Notes under the pieces: model-generated
Told to the model about the DNA's origin: nothing
The model's input: only the letters and a program-made list of their open reading frames with translations
Databases searched by the model: none
IMG/VR virus record: IMGVR_UViG_3300035208_004239
Coordinates: 259,611 to 323,610 of that record
DNA from: a virus
Taxonomy: Duplodnaviria > Heunggongvirae > Uroviricota > Caudoviricetes
DNA length: 64,000 bases
Strand: one strand, 5' to 3'
Shown: positions 48,495 to 59,049 of the stretch, one piece after another
Layout of the letters: each line of letters starts with the position of its first letter
Position numbering within the stretch: the stretch's first letter is position 1
Position numbers and translations under genes: made by a program

Positions 48495-49394
48495 ATGAAA
48501 TTCAGATCATACATAGACTCATTAGAATACATTAAAAAATTAACATATAAAACCAATGAATATTTTATTAAAGGTAAGTTCGTTGGTTTACCTTCTCAAA
48601 AAATTGAAACACGTGCAATAAATACTTTATTTAGTGAAGGTTTAATTATTTCTCAAAAAGATTTTGGTAATTATCAAGCACGTAGTGTAGTGACCAAAGA
48701 AGCAATTACAAGATTTCATCCAAATAATATAGATAATAAAAACTTTTGGATTCAATGTAGAAAACACTTTCCACTGTTAAGTGTGTCTGGTGGTATTTGC
48801 AAAAACATTAAAGAAGTTAATGAAAAAACCCTTAAATTAAGTAAGGATATTGGTGCATATAGATTTCTTAGGAAAATTTTAAAAGAAGCTAAAGAAAAAT
48901 TAAATATTTTAGAAATTGGATGCGGATACGGTGGTTTATTTAATATTATTAAAGATAAGTGTACGTATTATGGTATTGATTATGTTATACATCAATCATT
49001 AAAAAAATATAAGAAAAATTTTATTGAAATTGATGTAAGCGGTATTCCTGATTATTTACAAATTGATAATTTTTTTGATATAATATATTGTGTAAATGTT
49101 TTACAACACTGCTCACAAAAAGATAGATTTGAATATTTTAAACAAGGTCATAAAATATTGAAAAAAGGTGGATATTTTATATTTACAGTATTTTTAATGA
49201 ATGAAGAAAATAAAGAAGATAATTGTTGGGGAGTTATTGATGAAAAAGGTATTGGATATACACATTTTTTTAATCAATTAACCGAATGTGATTGGAATTA
49301 TGAATTATATTTATATTTAGAAGAAATTGGGTTTGAACCAATTGAATCCAAAATAGTTGGTAATTTTGCATATTTTACAGTAAAAAAATTATGA
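48495..49394 (+). CDS. class I SAM-dependent methyltransferase
   Basis: Motif I LNILEIGCGYGGLF; downstream DIIYCVNVLQHC. Confidence 0.6.
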   Translation: MKFRSYIDSLEYIKKLTYKTNEYFIKGKFVGLPSQKIETRAINTLFSEGLIISQKDFGNYQARSVVTKEAITRFHPNNIDNKNFWIQCRKHFPLLSVSGGICKNIKEVNEKTLKLSKDIGAYRFLRKILKEAKEKLNILEIGCGYGGLFNIIKDKCTYYGIDYVIHQSLKKYKKNFIEIDVSGIPDYLQIDNFFDIIYCVNVLQHCSQKDRFEYFKQGHKILKKGGYFIFTVFLMNEENKEDNCWGVIDEKGIGYTHFFNQLTECDWNYELYLYLEEIGFEPIESKIVGNFAYFTVKKL

Positions 49395-49762
49395 GTACAC
49401 AAATTAATCAATATTTCATGTATGGTATTTTAAAACCATATGATTGGCGTAAAAAATGGGAAACCGAAACAGGTAAAAATTTTTTTGATACTTTTGAAGA
49501 GTTTATGAATGATAATGCTTTCAATGATGAAATTAAAGAAAAAGAAGGAATATTTTGTTTATCTGACGGTCGAGATGGGAGATTTATAATTATTGGAAAA
49601 GTACTTGAAAAATCAAGTGACGGAGAATATTTAGGATCAAGCGCACCAATTAAAGTACCTGATTTAAACATTATTGAAAAAATGAAAATAGTGAATAATG
49701 TTAATAAATATTTTGGATTATTTGGTGAGTTTAATTTTTATTTTGTAACTAATTATAGATAA
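49391..49762 (+). CDS. hypothetical protein
   Basis: 123-aa ORF. Confidence 0.4.
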   Translation: MSTQINQYFMYGILKPYDWRKKWETETGKNFFDTFEEFMNDNAFNDEIKEKEGIFCLSDGRDGRFIIIGKVLEKSSDGEYLGSSAPIKVPDLNIIEKMKIVNNVNKYFGLFGEFNFYFVTNYR

Positions 49763-49790
49763 AACTCGTTTAATATTAAAAAATAAAATT

Positions 49791-50081
49791 ATGAAAATTT
49801 TTTTTAGTAAAAATATGAGATCATTCATATTAATGGGTGTTTCAATAATAGTCTTCGTTATTTTAATGATTAGTGATCGGAATGATAGAAAAGAAAACTT
49901 GAATGGTCTTATTATTTTCTACAAAATATTATACGAAGATACATATGCTAAAGGACAAGCAGATGCAATAAAAGGAGATATTCGTATTAATCAAATTAAT
50001 GATAGTACGTGGGTTTACGTTAAATCACCTTGGGATGGTGGAATGAAATTAATTACAGATACTATAATTATTAAACAATAA
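49791..50081 (+). CDS. small membrane-anchored protein
   Basis: 96 aa, N-terminal TM. Confidence 0.35.
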   Translation: MKIFFSKNMRSFILMGVSIIVFVILMISDRNDRKENLNGLIIFYKILYEDTYAKGQADAIKGDIRINQINDSTWVYVKSPWDGGMKLITDTIIIKQ

Positions 50082-50087
50082 TTTATA

Positions 50088-50633
50088 ATGGGAAAAAGTG
50101 TAGTAAAAACATTGATGGGCATTACTCTTTATGAAATTTCTGAGGATTTTATTTATAATTTAAGACAAAAACATAAAAATCCTGAAAATATTTTTAATTT
50201 TCTACCTGAATATACCATCAATACCAATAAAGAAGCAAATAATCAACCCATTAAAGCTGAATATTTTCATCAATATTTAGGTCATGTTCTTGATCCAAGT
50301 CATGGTAATGGTGAAAAATATTTATATTTTAATGTTGAAACTCTTGACAGGAATTTATTGGAAGAATTTTCAAATGCTGGTGTTGATGAATTATTTGACG
50401 AATTTAATTTTAAAAAGATATTATCCTATTTCAAATCAAATACTGAAGATGATCTATCTAAATTTGTCTTCCCTACTACGAATTATTTAATTGTTGAAAT
50501 AATTTATGATACATCGTATGATTATTATAGTGGTGGTTTTGATTGTGATGTTTATTATGATATTATAGGATATTTAAATAACAATTTAGAATTAACATTA
50601 TTTAACGATGAAACCATACGTTCTTCTAAATAA
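50088..50633 (+). CDS. hypothetical protein
   Basis: 181-aa ORF. Confidence 0.4.
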   Translation: MGKSVVKTLMGITLYEISEDFIYNLRQKHKNPENIFNFLPEYTINTNKEANNQPIKAEYFHQYLGHVLDPSHGNGEKYLYFNVETLDRNLLEEFSNAGVDELFDEFNFKKILSYFKSNTEDDLSKFVFPTTNYLIVEIIYDTSYDYYSGGFDCDVYYDIIGYLNNNLELTLFNDETIRSSK

Positions 50634-50687
50634 ATTTATTATTTAAAAATATTGTAACATTTTTTAAAAAATATCGTATAATTTTTT

Positions 50688-51017
50688 GTGGAAAAAAAAA
50701 TAAAAATAAGAAAAGTGTTTTTCAATTCGGATGAAGAAAGAAAAATTTGGATTCGTATTAATGCCGAACTAATTCAATATACACAAAAATTAATAAATGG
50801 TATTAATAATGAAATCGGTAAAATAAATTTACCATATTCCCCAATGTGGATATCGAACAACCAATTAACTTATGATGAGTATGAATGTGATGCTCCGAGA
50901 TTTTCTCTTGATGAACTTTTAAGCTTATCAATTTCCGAATTATTTAAATTAAATCAACAAAGAGAAGAAGATGAAATTCAAAGAATGTTTTTAGAATGTA
51001 AAAAAAATAATCTTTAA
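50688..51017 (+). CDS. hypothetical protein
   Basis: 109-aa ORF. Confidence 0.35.
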   Translation: MEKKIKIRKVFFNSDEERKIWIRINAELIQYTQKLINGINNEIGKINLPYSPMWISNNQLTYDEYECDAPRFSLDELLSLSISELFKLNQQREEDEIQRMFLECKKNNL

Positions 51018-51021
51018 TGTT

Positions 51022-51561
51022 ATGAATAACGAGAAACTTAACGATTCAAATAATAAAAAAACAATTTTTAAAGTCTTTAATAATAAAAAACTTAACAATT
51101 ATAAAGAATCACTAAGATTGGGAATGATTAAAAATTTTGAAAAAAATGGTCATCTTGCACCTATTTTATTTTTTTTAAAAGATAATGCACCAGTAATTAT
51201 TCAAATTCCGTCTGATTTTCTTTCAACTCAGGAAAGTAAAGTACTTTTCGGTAATTCAGTAAGAAGATTATGTCAAGAACCAAACGTAATGGCTGCGGGT
51301 ATGATTATTGAAGCTTGGGGTGTAAAACTTCATGAAGATAATGAAATGTCAAAATTACTTATGAATGGTAATATGAAAGTTCGTGATGTTAAAGATAGAC
51401 AAGATATAATAATTATGATTTTTAGTACTCCAGAAGGTGAAGAAACAATTTCATATGTTGTTGATTGTGAAAATAAAACAGTTGGTGAAAAATTTATTGG
51501 TGAAGATGCGGGTAAAATGGGCGGTAATTTTTCAAATTTTTTTAACTGGACAAAAAATTAA
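51022..51561 (+). CDS. hypothetical protein
   Basis: 179-aa ORF. Confidence 0.4.
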   Translation: MNNEKLNDSNNKKTIFKVFNNKKLNNYKESLRLGMIKNFEKNGHLAPILFFLKDNAPVIIQIPSDFLSTQESKVLFGNSVRRLCQEPNVMAAGMIIEAWGVKLHEDNEMSKLLMNGNMKVRDVKDRQDIIIMIFSTPEGEETISYVVDCENKTVGEKFIGEDAGKMGGNFSNFFNWTKN

Positions 51562-51567
51562 AAGATA

Positions 51568-51801
51568 ATGAAACTTACAGGTAAATTAAATCCAATAACT
51601 AAAGAAGAAATATTTCGTGTTAATGAACAAGATATAAATTTTTGGAATAAGAATTGGGATGATCTAACTCTTGATGAAAAAGCAACGTTTTGTTCATTCA
51701 TTGAAGCACCATTTCTTGCAACAAAAGGAGAATTCAAAAATGATCATATCATTAAAGATCGATATGAATATTTTCAAATGAAAAACATAATGGAATTATA
51801 A
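51568..51801 (+). CDS. hypothetical protein
   Basis: 77-aa ORF. Confidence 0.35.
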   Translation: MKLTGKLNPITKEEIFRVNEQDINFWNKNWDDLTLDEKATFCSFIEAPFLATKGEFKNDHIIKDRYEYFQMKNIMEL

Positions 51802-51863
51802 TATATCCATTTAAAAATTATTGGGCATTAATTGAGTATTTATTTTCAGTTAATGCCTTTTTT

Positions 51864-52232
51864 ATGTGGATATATAGCATATTATTAATTATAATTGCTG
51901 GCATATTTAATGCTTGCATGGATGTTTTAAGATATAGATATAAAGTTTCTATTTTTAGATTTTGGAAATATCAAAATTGGATTAATCCTACCCTTTCAGT
52001 AAATAATAAATGGAAATCAACAACGTGGTTAGGTGATAAAATTATGTCTACTGTATTAGTCTGGATTACTGATATGTGGCATTTTGTTAAAATGTTAATG
52101 CTTACTTTCATATTTTTAGCAATGGTTTTATATAAACCAATGTGGAATTGGTGGGGTGATGTGATAATATTTTACTTCTCATTTACTATCACTTTTGAAA
52201 TATTTTTTTCAACTTTTTTTATTAAAAAATAA
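51864..52232 (+). CDS. membrane protein
   Basis: 122 aa, 3-4 TM helices. Confidence 0.4.
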   Translation: MWIYSILLIIIAGIFNACMDVLRYRYKVSIFRFWKYQNWINPTLSVNNKWKSTTWLGDKIMSTVLVWITDMWHFVKMLMLTFIFLAMVLYKPMWNWWGDVIIFYFSFTITFEIFFSTFFIKK

Positions 52233-52289
52233 ATATTGTAACTAATTTTTACTATTTTCGTAAAATATGGTAAACATAATTTTACAATC

Positions 52290-52589
52290 ATGAAAATTTT
52301 TTACTTATTACCAATTGTAATTGTTATAATATTCATATCAATTACATTAAATCATCTAATTTATATTATACCTATTCAAGAATGTGTTGAAGGTGCTAAA
52401 GTTTATGGCTTTTGGAATGGTTTATGGCATGGAATGATTTCAATAATTTCTCTTATTGCCAGTCTTTTTAATCATGATATTGCAGTATATGCAATTAATA
52501 ATAACGGTGCATGGTATAATCTTGGTTTTATTATGGGTGTTAATGCATTAGCTGGTAGTGGTAGTAAAATGATACAAAATAAAAAATAA
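52290..52589 (+). CDS. membrane protein
   Basis: 99 aa, TM helices. Confidence 0.4.
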   Translation: MKIFYLLPIVIVIIFISITLNHLIYIIPIQECVEGAKVYGFWNGLWHGMISIISLIASLFNHDIAVYAINNNGAWYNLGFIMGVNALAGSGSKMIQNKK

Positions 52590-52591
52590 TT

Positions 52592-52807
52592 ATGAAAGCA
52601 GAAATATATTATTTTGCTTGTATTGCCAGTCAATATGAAGATTCAATTGGTTATAAACATAACCAAGAAATCCCGGTATCTGATATATGGAAAGTTGCTG
52701 AAGAAATTTACAATAAAGGTCTTAATGTGAAAATAACACATTCTTCTCATAATGGAGAGAAAAAAATTATGCTGTATGTAGATGATAAACACTTCAATCA
52801 AAGATAA
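52592..52807 (+). CDS. hypothetical protein
   Basis: 71-aa ORF. Confidence 0.35.
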   Translation: MKAEIYYFACIASQYEDSIGYKHNQEIPVSDIWKVAEEIYNKGLNVKITHSSHNGEKKIMLYVDDKHFNQR

Positions 52808-52876
52808 TGGAAGAATTGGTTGAAGATTTGAGAATGGCAACTTTTCATATGAATAATGAAGAAGCAAAACCAGTAA

Positions 52877-53362
52877 TTGATGATTTTCTTTTTAAATATC
52901 CTCAATTGCTCACATATCATGAAAAAGAATGGTATTATATTAATTGTTAATATGAATAAAGAATTTAAAAAAATCCCCATAGAACAAAGACTTCTGGAAA
53001 TTGATCAGGAAATTGATAAATTGGATGAAATTGTTGGACAAAAAGATAATGTTTGGGATCGTAATAAACCTTTTGAGGAATGGTGGGAACATATAAGACC
53101 TGAACAAAGTAAAATTTCTGAACTCAGTAGAGAAAGACGAATGATAATGCCATATGAATTATCTAAATTATCTGATTTTGGTGATGTCATGTCTTTGGAA
53201 CATTTTATTGATAATGTAAAATGTGGTGGTTTTATTGATTATGATGGATACGGTCATTATATTAAATATGGTCAAGAAACTAATGTTGAAATTCATCCAA
53301 GTGATGTTAAAAATAATTCTATTCGAAAAGAATTTGATACAATAATTTGGTTTAATCGATAA
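52877..53362 (+). CDS. hypothetical protein (start possibly at internal Met about 52954)
   Basis: 161-aa ORF. Confidence 0.4.
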   Translation: MMIFFLNILNCSHIMKKNGIILIVNMNKEFKKIPIEQRLLEIDQEIDKLDEIVGQKDNVWDRNKPFEEWWEHIRPEQSKISELSRERRMIMPYELSKLSDFGDVMSLEHFIDNVKCGGFIDYDGYGHYIKYGQETNVEIHPSDVKNNSIRKEFDTIIWFNR

Positions 53363-53364
53363 TT

Positions 53365-53808
53365 ATGAAAAAACTTCTTGATTTTGAAAAACCTAAAAAG
53401 GTTAAAAGCTCCGAAGATCACAATAAAATATATATGAGTGATTCTGGTGTAGCAGGTACTTATGTTCCAAACATGAGTGATGAGGATAAAAATAAATGGA
53501 AAGCTAAACATATTAAAGGTGATGATGAACGCATAGAAATCCGTAAATCATTGAATGGTGTTCAAATACTTATCGTTATTTATAAAAATCCATTTCAACC
53601 AAATAAACCAGTATTTCCAGAATATGATGGTGGCGGTAAAGATTTTTATTGGGAACAAGCTAATATTTTTTATCGTGCAGATTGTAAAAGATATGCTAAA
53701 CGCCATCAAAATGTTCAAATGTCAATGAATGGTAAAATTGATATGACTTGGGATAATTGGTGGGATTTGACTGAAGCAGTAAAAGAAGCACTTGAAATAC
53801 TATTATAA
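53365..53808 (+). CDS. hypothetical protein
   Basis: 147-aa ORF. Confidence 0.4.
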   Translation: MKKLLDFEKPKKVKSSEDHNKIYMSDSGVAGTYVPNMSDEDKNKWKAKHIKGDDERIEIRKSLNGVQILIVIYKNPFQPNKPVFPEYDGGGKDFYWEQANIFYRADCKRYAKRHQNVQMSMNGKIDMTWDNWWDLTEAVKEALEILL

Positions 53809-53809
53809 T

Positions 53810-54394
53810 ATGAATTTAATTCAAATAGATGATACCGATATAATTCTTCAAGATTTTGAAGCTGGTCATGGTAAGATTATTATTTCAGATAATGATTGGG
53901 GTTATAATTTTTCACATTATTGGGGTGCGATGGGTGAAAATACTAACATTGCTCAATTTTTATGTCGAATTAATTCCAGTTATTTTATTGATAAATTATC
54001 CAATCGTCAACATGGTGATTTCAGTCCTAAAAAAACATTTAAAAATATAAGAAAATATATCAGGGAAGAATGTAGTTGTGAGTTGCCTTGGTATAAACAT
54101 TTGGAATTCCAAAAGGATTTGAGGGAAAAATTAAATGATTGGGAAAAAGAATGTGGTTGTGAACACGAATTTGTTAATAGCTGGACATATTTTTTTAAAT
54201 ATACTCTCAATTATTATTTAATTGAAGATAGGTACGATCAAAAAGAAATTGAAAGTATGTTTAATAATATAACTGAAGAATGGAATTTTATTGTATATGA
54301 TGAACCAAGAGAGAATATTTGGTTAAATAAATTATTTCCGAAATTACAATCTTATTTAAAAAAAGAACCATTAATGTTTTTAAATAAAAAATAA
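53810..54394 (+). CDS. hypothetical protein
   Basis: ORF 53792-54394; Met at 53810 just after upstream stop. Confidence 0.4.
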   Translation: MNLIQIDDTDIILQDFEAGHGKIIISDNDWGYNFSHYWGAMGENTNIAQFLCRINSSYFIDKLSNRQHGDFSPKKTFKNIRKYIREECSCELPWYKHLEFQKDLREKLNDWEKECGCEHEFVNSWTYFFKYTLNYYLIEDRYDQKEIESMFNNITEEWNFIVYDEPRENIWLNKLFPKLQSYLKKEPLMFLNKK

Positions 54395-54470
54395 ATTTAT
54401 AGAATTTGCTTGCAATTAATAAAAAATACCTTAATTTTGATACTTTAATATTTAATAAAACTATTAATCA

Positions 54471-55403
54471 ATGAAAAAAAATAATTTAGTTCCAAATAAA
54501 GGTTTAAGTCTTTCTCAAGCACAATCGATCTCTAATCTATGTTATCAAAGAGCAACAGAAATTGGCACTAAACTTAGTGTGGTTAATAATTTCAGTAAAA
54601 CTATTACAATTGGTGAAGAAACTAAAATATTAAAAAAGGCGATTAAACTTCCGGATGATGTAGTTAATCTATTAAAAGAAAAAGCAACACTACATGCATG
54701 TCAAGCATTCTTAATGGAAAATATTAAAGCTAAAGAAAACTTGCTTTCAACTATTAAAAAGGTAGTTGCTAATGTTTCGGAAATTGATTATCCAGAATCT
54801 CCTGATTATGTTGAACCACTAATACTTACAAATGTTGATGAAAATTTTGGTTGGGAACAACTTTCTGCTGCCGAAATTAATGAATATCTTGAAGCAGAAG
54901 CATTTGCTTCTCATATTGGTTTATTTATTCATAAAGATTGTCATCTTGACAGATTAAGAGCAGAATTGCCAAATATTCCAGAAATAGAATGGTTTGAAGT
55001 TGAAACTGGTAAAAAAACCCCGGTAATTGTAGAAATTCATCATACTGCAGAAGGTCTTTTAAAAATACATGAAGAACTTGCAGCATTGCATAGGGAATAT
55101 GAACAAAAAGTAAACTTTTATAAAGCAAAGGTTAAAAATTTAACTACTGCTGAAAATGCTCGTATTGCTAAAGAAAATGCTGATGAACAAACTGAAGCAG
55201 AAAAGACAAATAAGGTTCTTCGTGCTGAATATGAAACCATTTATAAAAATGCACAAGAAGAAATTCGTACTATTCGTTCTAATTTTGAAAAAGAACGTCA
55301 AGCAAATATTGCTGAAATTGCAATAATGCGTATTGATGTTGATCCACGATTCCAAAAAATAATTGACGTTTTCTTAAAAAAATTACCTGAAAGTCAGGAA
55401 TAA
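54471..55403 (+). CDS. hypothetical coiled-coil protein
   Basis: 310-aa ORF. Confidence 0.45.
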   Translation: MKKNNLVPNKGLSLSQAQSISNLCYQRATEIGTKLSVVNNFSKTITIGEETKILKKAIKLPDDVVNLLKEKATLHACQAFLMENIKAKENLLSTIKKVVANVSEIDYPESPDYVEPLILTNVDENFGWEQLSAAEINEYLEAEAFASHIGLFIHKDCHLDRLRAELPNIPEIEWFEVETGKKTPVIVEIHHTAEGLLKIHEELAALHREYEQKVNFYKAKVKNLTTAENARIAKENADEQTEAEKTNKVLRAEYETIYKNAQEEIRTIRSNFEKERQANIAEIAIMRIDVDPRFQKIIDVFLKKLPESQE

Positions 55404-55829
55404 GATACAGGGTAAAACACTGACAAAGCAAAAGTAGAGTTAGTGTTTTTTTATACTCAATGATAAGGTTCTTTAAAATATATGATATAAATTATCAATA
55501 CGAAAATCGCATATGTGAAGCTCCGAAAGGAGACTCATACGCTCTTTGATAACGCTTCTTTCACTGAAACCTTCGGGTTTCATAAACTAAAAAAGTTTTT
55601 ATGGAGTTCTTAAAACTACCATATAGTAGTGTAAGTTACCAATAAGTCCTATAGGCATGGAGAATTAGGCTACGAAAACAAGACTTGGTTTTTGTCTGTG
55701 TCATTGTGTGAAAGAAGGTTTTTGTTCTTGATATTGGCATTGATTTAGACTATATCACTTTATCATTGGGTAACTTGTTTTTTATCGTAAAAAATATATA
55801 ATAAAATTTATTAATCAATTAAAAATTCA
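55404..55829. ncRNA. structured non-coding region (candidate ncRNA or structured leader) with GNRA and UUCG tetraloop hairpins
   Basis: 426 bp without ORF, GC-richer than surroundings; ctcc-gaaa-ggag (55521-55532), gaaacc-ttcg-ggtttc (55566-55581), bulged stem ccaataagtc/gacttgg. Confidence 0.25.
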
Positions 55830-57620
55830 ATGAAAATAATAAAAATTTTACTAACAATCCTTATTATTGTAGGATTAGGAATACTATCTTCATGCACTGC
55901 ATTGAAAAAAAGTATTTGTGGAACAGAAACTTTATTTGATACCGTAACTTACGAAAATCATTTTTATGATACAATACCAGTTCTGGTTGAATTTAATGAT
56001 ACCATAGCATATGTCGGAACTATGTATAGGGATACTATACCAGTATTTAAAGGAATTAATATTTTTATTGGTAGTTCTGTTGACAGTGTTTCATTGAAAG
56101 ATTCATTACGTTACTATCAGTTTGAAATTAGAAATTATGGATCGGAGAATTATATACCAACCTCTAATTCTTATTTAAATATGATTGCTGATGTTGCAAT
56201 AAAAAATGTTATTTATCGTAGTGATACAATTAAAATTAATGAAATTTCAAGTGGATCATCACGCTACTTTACATTAAAATATCCTATTACTTGGTTTATG
56301 TCAGATAAATCTAAACCTTGGAATTATTCTTCTTTAGATTTACAATATAATTATAGATTAACAATTACAAATCAAGATTGGGATATAAAAGACGCATATT
56401 ATTCAAAAACGTTAAATAAACAACCTCCGATAATAAAATATGATGAAGTAACTAAAGATAGTATTATTTATTGGGTACGTCCAATAGTAAAAGATACTAC
56501 CATTACAATTAAACATATTGGATATGCATTTAAAGACTCATTAATTTTTATTGATGATATGGTTGGTTGTAATATTTTTGCACACACATTTTTCGGTAAT
56601 AGAATTTATAATTTTACTGTTGATACTTGCATGAAAATTATTTGTAGTAATGAAATTATTAATAATCCAAATACTGAAGGCATTTCTGATTTTTTTCTAA
56701 AAGCATATTCAAATGTTGATACAGCAAGACTAAGAGTATATATTAATGATTCATTAATTGGTGTAGAAAAAAATGCTCATGATTCAATGTTTATATATTT
56801 AATAAGAAAATCTTCTAAAGATATTAAATCTATTAAATTTGAATCAAATAATGATTGGATTATAAAAAAAGTAGTATTAAATAATTCAAATTTACTTATT
56901 AACCCTTCAGTTACTGTTACTGGAATTATAAATATTAATGGTACATATAAAGTATTAGCACCTATTGTTGTAGCGAAAAATCCACTTGTAGCTCAATGGA
57001 AATTTAATGGAAACAGTAATGATGAAACTGGAAAATATCCATTGACAGTTACTGATCCAACAAATATGTTTAATACTAATAATGGTACTAATGGTTCTGC
57101 AGAAGGAACTGGTAATATAAGTTTTCAAGGAAGTGATTATTATATAAATGCTGGTGTTATACCAATAACTGATGAATTTTCATTTTGTTTTTGGTTTCAA
57201 ACATGGAATCCAAGTTCAAATATAAGACCACAATTTGGTAATTCTATGGTTGATTATCCAAATGGATATATTTGTTTACTCGATGAAATCAATAAAGGTG
57301 TTAAATTCTGTACCGGTAACGGTACAATGAGAAATTTTATATTATCTAATGATAATCTTTGGACAGTTGGAAAATGGATACATGTAGTTATAACTGGTAG
57401 TAGAATAACTGGAACTGGAAAGATATATATAAATGGTGTAGATAAAACAAGAGCCAGTTCAACAGGAATATTTAAAACATTTTCTACAACATTTCCATTA
57501 CTTCTTGGTAGAAGTACTGATCCAAATCAAGCATGGAGTTATATGGATGATTTTAGAATTTATAATAGAATTCTTACACCTGCAGAAGTAGTTCAAGTAT
57601 ATAAATTAGAAACAATTTAA
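55830..57620 (+). CDS. lipoprotein/secreted protein with C-terminal LamG (concanavalin A-like lectin) domain; possible receptor-binding protein
   Basis: Signal peptide with LGILSSC lipobox; C-terminal FSFCFWFQTW...WIHVVITGS...IYINGV...DDFRIYNRILTPAEV typical Laminin_G_3. Confidence 0.5.
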   Translation: MKIIKILLTILIIVGLGILSSCTALKKSICGTETLFDTVTYENHFYDTIPVLVEFNDTIAYVGTMYRDTIPVFKGINIFIGSSVDSVSLKDSLRYYQFEIRNYGSENYIPTSNSYLNMIADVAIKNVIYRSDTIKINEISSGSSRYFTLKYPITWFMSDKSKPWNYSSLDLQYNYRLTITNQDWDIKDAYYSKTLNKQPPIIKYDEVTKDSIIYWVRPIVKDTTITIKHIGYAFKDSLIFIDDMVGCNIFAHTFFGNRIYNFTVDTCMKIICSNEIINNPNTEGISDFFLKAYSNVDTARLRVYINDSLIGVEKNAHDSMFIYLIRKSSKDIKSIKFESNNDWIIKKVVLNNSNLLINPSVTVTGIININGTYKVLAPIVVAKNPLVAQWKFNGNSNDETGKYPLTVTDPTNMFNTNNGTNGSAEGTGNISFQGSDYYINAGVIPITDEFSFCFWFQTWNPSSNIRPQFGNSMVDYPNGYICLLDEINKGVKFCTGNGTMRNFILSNDNLWTVGKWIHVVITGSRITGTGKIYINGVDKTRASSTGIFKTFSTTFPLLLGRSTDPNQAWSYMDDFRIYNRILTPAEVVQVYKLETI

Positions 57621-57800
57621 TGTTTTTAAATGTGGTTTAAAAATAGAATACGAAGAAAAGTATATCGATTATATCTTAAAGGAGTACCAACATTTAATAT
57701 ATCACAAATTTTTGAAGGAAAATTAAATGAGAAAAATGTTGATGAGATTATTGATTATATGAACGAAATTTACTTTTAAACCACACAAAAATACGATATT

Positions 57801-57827
57801 AACCCTTGATTCATAAGGGTTTTTTTA
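57801..57827 (+). terminator. rho-independent terminator
   Basis: aaccctt-gattcat-aagggtt followed by 6 T. Confidence 0.6.
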
Positions 57828-57848
57828 TTAATTTTCATTTTTAAAAAT

Positions 57849-57860
57849 CCTTGCATTTTT
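57849..57860 (+). promoter_or_regulatory. candidate promoter element (ccttgcattttt) upstream of sigma-factor gene; same core at 20732-20741
   Basis: aaaa-(c/t)c-(c/t)-ttgcatttt shared by two intergenic regions about 60-80 nt upstream of a start. Confidence 0.25.
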
Positions 57861-57940
57861 AGCTATTTATTTCTATTATTGTATTAGAAACACCAGAAAT
57901 ACAAACATAATAAAAAAAGCTATTAAAGAATTAAATAAAA

Positions 57941-58477
57941 ATGAATACCACGTCTCGTATAAAAAATATTGAATTAGCTTATCCAAGACTTAAAAAATAT
58001 TCACATATTCTTGAAAAAAAACCTGAAAATGCTGAAGATTTACTTCATGATACAATCATAAAAATGATTGAAAAAGAAAATCAATTTGATGGCGAAAAAG
58101 ATTATATTAAATGGGGATTTTCTGTAATGCATAATCTATTTATTGATGAAAAAAGAAGATATAAAAGTAATAAAAATATACATACTCAATATTTTTCCGA
58201 AATTGAACGATTTGATTATCCGGCATCGTTCGATCAACCACGAGATTTATTAATTAAATATAAATTTAAAATAATTAAAGAAAAACTCAAATTAAAGAAA
58301 AATGAAAAACATTATGAACTTTTTATTTTAAGAAGTATGGGTTTTAGTTATAAAGAAATTTCTGTTTTATTAAACATTACAGTATCAAGAGTTAAAGGAA
58401 AAATGCACGATATGAAATTAAATATTATTAATATTGATATTAATAAAGTTATTCAAAATCAAGATTTTTACTTATAA
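57941..58477 (+). CDS. RNA polymerase sigma factor (second copy, sigma-70/ECF-like)
   Basis: Region 2-like LLHDTIIKMIEK...WGFSVMHNLFIDEKRRYK; region 4 HTH ELFILRSMGFSYKEISVLLNITVSRVKGKMHDMK. Confidence 0.5.
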   Translation: MNTTSRIKNIELAYPRLKKYSHILEKKPENAEDLLHDTIIKMIEKENQFDGEKDYIKWGFSVMHNLFIDEKRRYKSNKNIHTQYFSEIERFDYPASFDQPRDLLIKYKFKIIKEKLKLKKNEKHYELFILRSMGFSYKEISVLLNITVSRVKGKMHDMKLNIINIDINKVIQNQDFYL

Positions 58478-58511
58478 AAATATAATTAAGAGACTATTCG
58501 ACTTTAAATAA

Positions 58512-58543
58512 AAAAACCCATCAAATTTTGATGGGTTTTTTTT
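58512..58543 (+). terminator. rho-independent terminator
   Basis: cccatcaa/ttgatggg 8-bp stem then 8 T. Confidence 0.6.
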
Positions 58544-58568
58544 AAATTCTTAAAAATTATTTGTAATA

Positions 58569-58766
58569 TTGTTAAAAATTTATTATATGAAACCATATAA
58601 AATAGCTTATGAGTATTATCCATTTAATATGGAAGATTTTATTCCAAAAATGGAAGTTGTTGAAGCAGCTTCACTTAATGAAGCATTTGATAAAATGGAA
58701 AAAAAGTACAGTGATAAAATTGAAATTTTTAAAGAAGCTGCAAGAAAATTTTATAATGAACCTTAA
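58569..58766 (+). CDS. small hypothetical protein
   Basis: 65-aa ORF. Confidence 0.3.
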   Translation: MLKIYYMKPYKIAYEYYPFNMEDFIPKMEVVEAASLNEAFDKMEKKYSDKIEIFKEAARKFYNEP

Positions 58767-58777
58767 CACTTGATAAT

Positions 58778-59038
58778 ATGGATAAAAAAAATAAATTAAG
58801 ACCTTGTGATTGTAAGGATAGGTTAGATGCTTATAATATACAAGAACAAGGTATAGCACATAATGATGAATCTATTGTGATAGAACCTAATGTTGTTGTA
58901 ATGACTCTTGGTCATACAACTATACGTATTCCAATGGATAGATTTAAAATGTTTGCTGAATGGTATCTTAAACCACAAGAAACAAAAACTACTTATTCTG
59001 AAAGATTTAATTATATTAACAATACATCCACAAAATAA
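58778..59038 (+). CDS. hypothetical protein
   Basis: 86-aa ORF. Confidence 0.35.
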   Translation: MDKKNKLRPCDCKDRLDAYNIQEQGIAHNDESIVIEPNVVVMTLGHTTIRIPMDRFKMFAEWYLKPQETKTTYSERFNYINNTSTK

Positions 59039-59049
59039 TTCGGTTAATA

